Below, piece after piece: positions 59,031 through 64,000 of a DNA stretch of 64,000 nucleotides (positions are counted from its first letter, which is position 1; each line of letters begins with the position of its first letter). Below the pieces are notes generated by a model. It was given only the letters and a program-made list of their open reading frames with translations, did no database searches and had not been told where the DNA came from. Where the stretch lies: the NCBI GenBank assembly GCA_024704765.1, contig JAKMXF010000029.1, positions 1 through 64,000 on the forward strand. Reading direction: 5' to 3'. The position numbers and the translations under genes are program-made. The stretch comes from Oopsacas minuta. Taxonomy: Eukaryota; Animalia; Porifera.

Positions 59031-62000
59031 CTATAAATATGAAGAAATAGAAATAAATAAATCTTGCAAACGGATAACAACAATTCTCATGTAATGTAAA
59101 CTATACGTAGAGTGGAGCCAAAGAATAAATGACTGTTTGGAAGCAGTTTGCCATTTGTCATAAATCATTTGATAATGATGTAAATGTAATCGAATGCTAG
59201 ACACAAAATATCTAGTATAGTAAATTCTATTTGAGATTTCAAGTTGTAAAGATCCCTAGTGCAAATCTTCAAAATATACGTTTATTGCAATTTGATTCGA
59301 AAGCGCTTTAGCAGAATTTCATACCTTTGAATTAGCATATTTAACCATATGTTCAAAGCAGATGTTTCCGCCGAATGTGGAAACCTATTTACAGTAGAAT
59401 TTGTAATGATAACAACAATTCTTCATGATCAAAGAGAATATAATCAATGGGTTGGATAGTATTTTGGTAATTCTTTGCTTAGTTAGCCGTGCATATAGTA
59501 GGCCATGCTTGGATTGTTAGGATATGTTTACACAATCTGTCTAGACACAATACATAATAAGAGTACGTGATAGACAAAACAAGAGTATTTTGGTATTCGT
59601 AGTTGTCATGAACACTTAACGTATAAACTACACTATGACATGAGATAGTACACAGAGTGCAGCAATAAAAATATTCCATCAATATAAATCAGAGGAATGT
59701 GTACGCTGTTACATACAAATCAGTCCTATATAAATTCCATAGATATGGATTCTAGGCTGGTATATGAGATACAGTGACAGTAGGATAAGACATACCCTTT
59801 CGGGAAACAAAAATTAGCATGTACTATCCAAATAGGGAATGCATTAAAATGTATGGGAACTTTTGGGAGTCGTTCAGGACAGACGAAAGACCTTTGAAAT
59901 TAAATTATTTCCATTTTTGAGTGAGATAATAATAATAATTATTATTATTAGATCATCAGACATACAGTGCGAACCATTAAACAGTAAAGTGATGGGAGAA
60001 AAGTAAATTAGAGACAGGATAAGTTCAAAGAGTTTAAGGATATTTTATATACAAAGGAGGATCAATTTACTGTTGTAGGAGAGATACAACAGTAATGATA
60101 GACATGTCTAGAGTGATAAAGCACATCTTTCAAACAAACTAGGCTAACTAAGATGATATCGATAACCTTTTGTGGATAAATTACATTAAATATTTGCTAG
60201 TAATCTATCAATGAAAACTAACGGATAGAGTTACAAATAATAGCATCCTTATAAGGCAGAGAAATCTGGCATGAATAAATTGGTGATAAAGTTCAACTTC
60301 AAATGTTTATACGAGTCATGTTTCAGCTAGTTAACCTTCAGGGAAAAATAACCCCGACTCTGCGTATAACAGAGGCCGCTTAATGGGATAAGGATAAATA
60401 GATATTTGCTTAACCGGAAGGAGTTTACATATAATAAAAATGCTAATATTGACAAAAGATTACGTCATGATGAAACAGTTTCCAATGTATATTGACATAA
60501 AGATATATGCAGGACCTTATGAATCGGTAGTATACAACCAGGCTGGACTCATGTAGTATATACGTGTATTAGCTTCTAATAATACAGATTTGAGTAACAC
60601 TCAAATTCAGTAAAAAACTCTGAGAATAAGACAGGATTCTAAATTGATCATAGTCCTTAGGCCCTCAAGCTATATTTAGACAAAACCCGAAAATTCAAAA
60701 TTTGATGCTAAGTTTCTTAAAGACAATTTGCATTTTAATTTAGAGTGAATGGATGCACTCAGTCTGTCTCGAATAACTAACGAGTGATTATTGAACAAAT
60801 ATGTTTACTCTATATTATCGAGCTACCTTGTTAGACTTGTCTAGTAAAGCTGACTATACTAAGCTATTAAATAAGGTGAGTTAAATATGCCTATGGTAAC
60901 TAACCAGTCTCCTGCTCAACTGATCTCTACTTAGATGTGCATTAATATAGTTTTTGTATCCACACTCATGATATCCTAATAATAAATAGAATTACTGTTA
61001 AACTATGTAGATAAGAATTAAGAGATGATTCTAATAAGAACAATTAATCCCTCTTCAATATTAGATCTATTGAATGATCGAATTATTTAATAACGTATAG
61101 CTAGACAGCTCTCTATCATTCTATCACACGATAACATAATAATAGTAATATTAATGATGGTACGTACCAGCTTGATTAGATAGGAATATCTCAATTGTTC
61201 TTGCTACTTCTAAGTCTCGTTGTATTGTATGAGTAGTTATACAACACTAGAAGAGAGAGATATTGGTTATATCACTTAGTCCTCAAGTTAGGCAATATGG
61301 AACTCAGCTGAAAGATTTCTTCCGATAAAAATGTTAATTTTGTGGTACTTTAAGAAATAAGAATTAAAGTCAGTTCTTAGAATATCCTAGCATTTCATGA
61401 TCGTGAATATTACAATGCAGTGAACTACACTAAATTGGCCTCAAGTAACCTTCTTCAGGTTACTAGTGGAGATTTGGTATTAATTCCATTTCCCACGGTT
61501 GAAAGCAAGTTTTTTTAATTATTTAGAAATAGTTTACTTTATACACCTAAACAACAACAAATATTCACAATAAGTAGTTGAAAATATCATATTCGAATTC
61601 ATCGTACTTGATTACTTATATATCTGTTGAGAGCAAGTCTCTAAGTATACTTCGAGATTTAACTATCTGTTTATTTTATATTCATAAAAACAACAATAAA
61701 TTTGGAGATGATAAATTCGAAAGTGTGAAAATCGGAATCAGCATACTCGATTGCCCAATGTAATTGGTTACTTTCCCTATATCGTTAACATAAGGATATG
61801 TCATTCCCTATAAAATATACGCAGATCATCTTACCCTATTGTTATAATACAAAGTAGACAACAAACAAACAAACAACACCCCTCACAAATAATATATATT
61901 TATTTAGATTTGTAGAACAATATTTATTATATAATTTAATGAGGCTTGAAATTTGTTAAATGTGTTATCGCATAAAATTAATGTATCTGAATTCTTTGCT

Positions 62001-63327
62001 CTAAATCACGTTTAATTTCAAATAATAAAATATTTGAAAATAGGAGGAGGGCTTATTACATATTGACCATAGAGGTGCATTTTGTTAGCCTGGATTAATC
62101 AAAATAAACTACTATTCAGAAAAGTAGGAAGAAAATCAAATTTTATTAGGAATTAGAATAAATTTGATCCAATTATTCAACCATAACAACAGATTTGTAC
62201 CATAGATATGCGGTTACTTATCACTCTAGTGGCAGCTGAGGTGCAAACCATGGTTACAATAATTAAGTATAAATTATTAGATATAAATGTCGTACTTTAC
62301 CCGGTGCTTATTAATAAATAAATTCATTAGTCTAGGCAGATCAGCAGTTTCATAATAACCACAGGCAAGTAAAATATACATAGAAACAGTACTTAATATT
62401 TCATATTCTACAAATTTATTCTACTGTTACCAAATTTTCCAGTTATTATTTGTTATTGATGTGGTAGAAATGTAATAGCAATCAGATGGTCTAGCCCTTA
62501 CTTGGACGAATTATTACTTGCTTGGATAATCACATTATAGATAACATTACTGCCTTGATTATGATTTTATTGTGAAGAAAAATGATGAGAAATAGTTTAA
62601 TTTTTATCGAAAAATATAAAATATTCAGCTTCTATTAAATATTCTATCTACCTATCTATCTATTATCCATGTAATACTCTCGCAAGAATGACAAATAACT
62701 GATAGCCGTAATGGTCGTTAAGCAAATGAATAGTATTACATACAAGTACTCTAATAGTAAAATCATAGCAGAGAGAGAGAGAGACTGACTTCTCTACATA
62801 GCGATGCACACTGTGGTTAAACCGTCTCAACAAGCATGTTTAAGTTGTCAGAACATTCATAAGTACACGTGTAAATATGTACTAAGGAATCCATCAAGAT
62901 TAATGGAGCAGTATTGAATAAGATAATGTATGCAATATGTTATCTTATCGAGTTAATTGCTATAAGAGTTGTGAAGGAAGTGGTATATATGTAAATTACC
63001 TTATGTAGACTCTGTGCACACTCAATTGACAGAAGAAAATTGTCTGCAAAAGTAATAAAATAATAAAAATCGAAATATTAGAGTCCATTAATAATACAGT
63101 AAAATCTGCACAAGTAAAATCAATGAAACAATATCTAGCTAATGCACAATGTGTTCCATTACATTACAGAACCTTTATTAATGAAAACTATAATATTAAT
63201 CTGTTAAGTATAAATTTATCTGACATAATACCACATACAGGACAGTTAAAGGGGGAATTTGGTTGGTTTGCATGAACGAACATTTATAATCATATACGAA
63301 GTCACTGGGTACGAATTACATTTGAAA

Positions 63328-63678
63328 TTAGTATTTTGAATGGACATCGCCCTTTTCGATATTAGAAATTGCTGCATACGGGATTGACATACCTTTATGT
63401 GGTGATGTTGGATTTCTGATTAGTAATACATACAAGATTGATCCCAGCAATACACCAGCAAACATAGGAGCTACATACATTAGCAATACAAATACTTTCT
63501 TTACAAAATTCCTAGCTCTTCTACGTAGCTGATTAGAACGATGAGCACCCCTGTGTATATGGTTGTTGCGAATATGATTAATATGTGAATTATTCAGGTG
63601 TCTATGATGATGGTTCAGATGGGTTAACCCATTCAATCCAAATTCGAATCTGTTATTCCTATAATGTAGTATATACAT
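63328..63678 (-). CDS. His/Asn-rich segment, basic patch and one TM helix; probably an internal exon (63658-63393)
   Basis: ORF LNHHHRHLNNSHINHIRNNHIHRGAHRSNQLRRRARNFVKKVFVLLMYVAPMFAGVLLGSILYVLLI. Acceptor cattatag ends at 63659 and donor G|GTATGT starts at 63392. Could be the TM1 exon of LEMD3 (inference). Confidence 0.55.
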   Translation of the reverse strand: MYILHYRNNRFEFGLNGLTHLNHHHRHLNNSHINHIRNNHIHRGAHRSNQLRRRARNFVKKVFVLLMYVAPMFAGVLLGSILYVLLIRNPTSPHKGMSIPYAAISNIEKGDVHSKY

Positions 63679-64000
63679 TAATAGATACTCTATTGAATAT
63701 AATCAATAATAGTAAATACAGACAAAGAAAGCACTTATACTTCATACATACATAATAATTGTAAACATTTCTGGATATAATAATATTAAATGAATTTTCA
63801 GGGAAATAGTCATGTAGCTAGCATGTAGTTAATGTGTAAATATTTGTTAAGTATACAGATGGTAAGAAATCGATTCACTGAATTATCACATATGTTATGT
63901 TGATATAATTATAATTCAGGGGTTTTACTTATTAATAGTTGTGTAGCTATAGCAAGCAAGCAATCTTTAGTAAGTTATATATAACATATTTAAAGTACAG

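Noticed and set aside
62790-62881. Candidate exon following the 63.4-kb TM exon
   Set aside because: It has plausible splice sites but a stop in every frame.

Overview
Strongly AT-rich animal genomic DNA with GT-AG introns and dense DNA-transposon debris. I found no prokaryotic features, rRNA, tRNA or CRISPR arrays. The style resembles an early-branching metazoan such as a sponge, but that is an impression only. Main content: (1) 6-17 kb: two divergently oriented RBR E3 ligase ORFs, each preceded by a ubiquitin-like (Ubl) exon ending in RLPGG that the ORF track misses, flanking an intronless UBE2J/Ubc6-type E2. (2) 0-42 kb: seven loci of an intronless orphan 7-TM protein family (4 complete intact ORFs, 1 running off the window edge, 1 frameshifted, 1 truncated). 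Close paralogues have near-identical predicted cytoplasmic segments and hypervariable predicted extracellular loops. (3) TEX261. (4) A multi-exon LEMD3/MAN1 gene on the minus strand from 49.3 kb, absent from the ORF track as a gene. (5) A mariner nested in a foldback element, a full-length decayed hAT with an 8-bp TSD whose empty site is in the window, a Helitron Rep relic, and many MITEs and non-autonomous Helitron-like repeats. All alignments and translations were done by eye.
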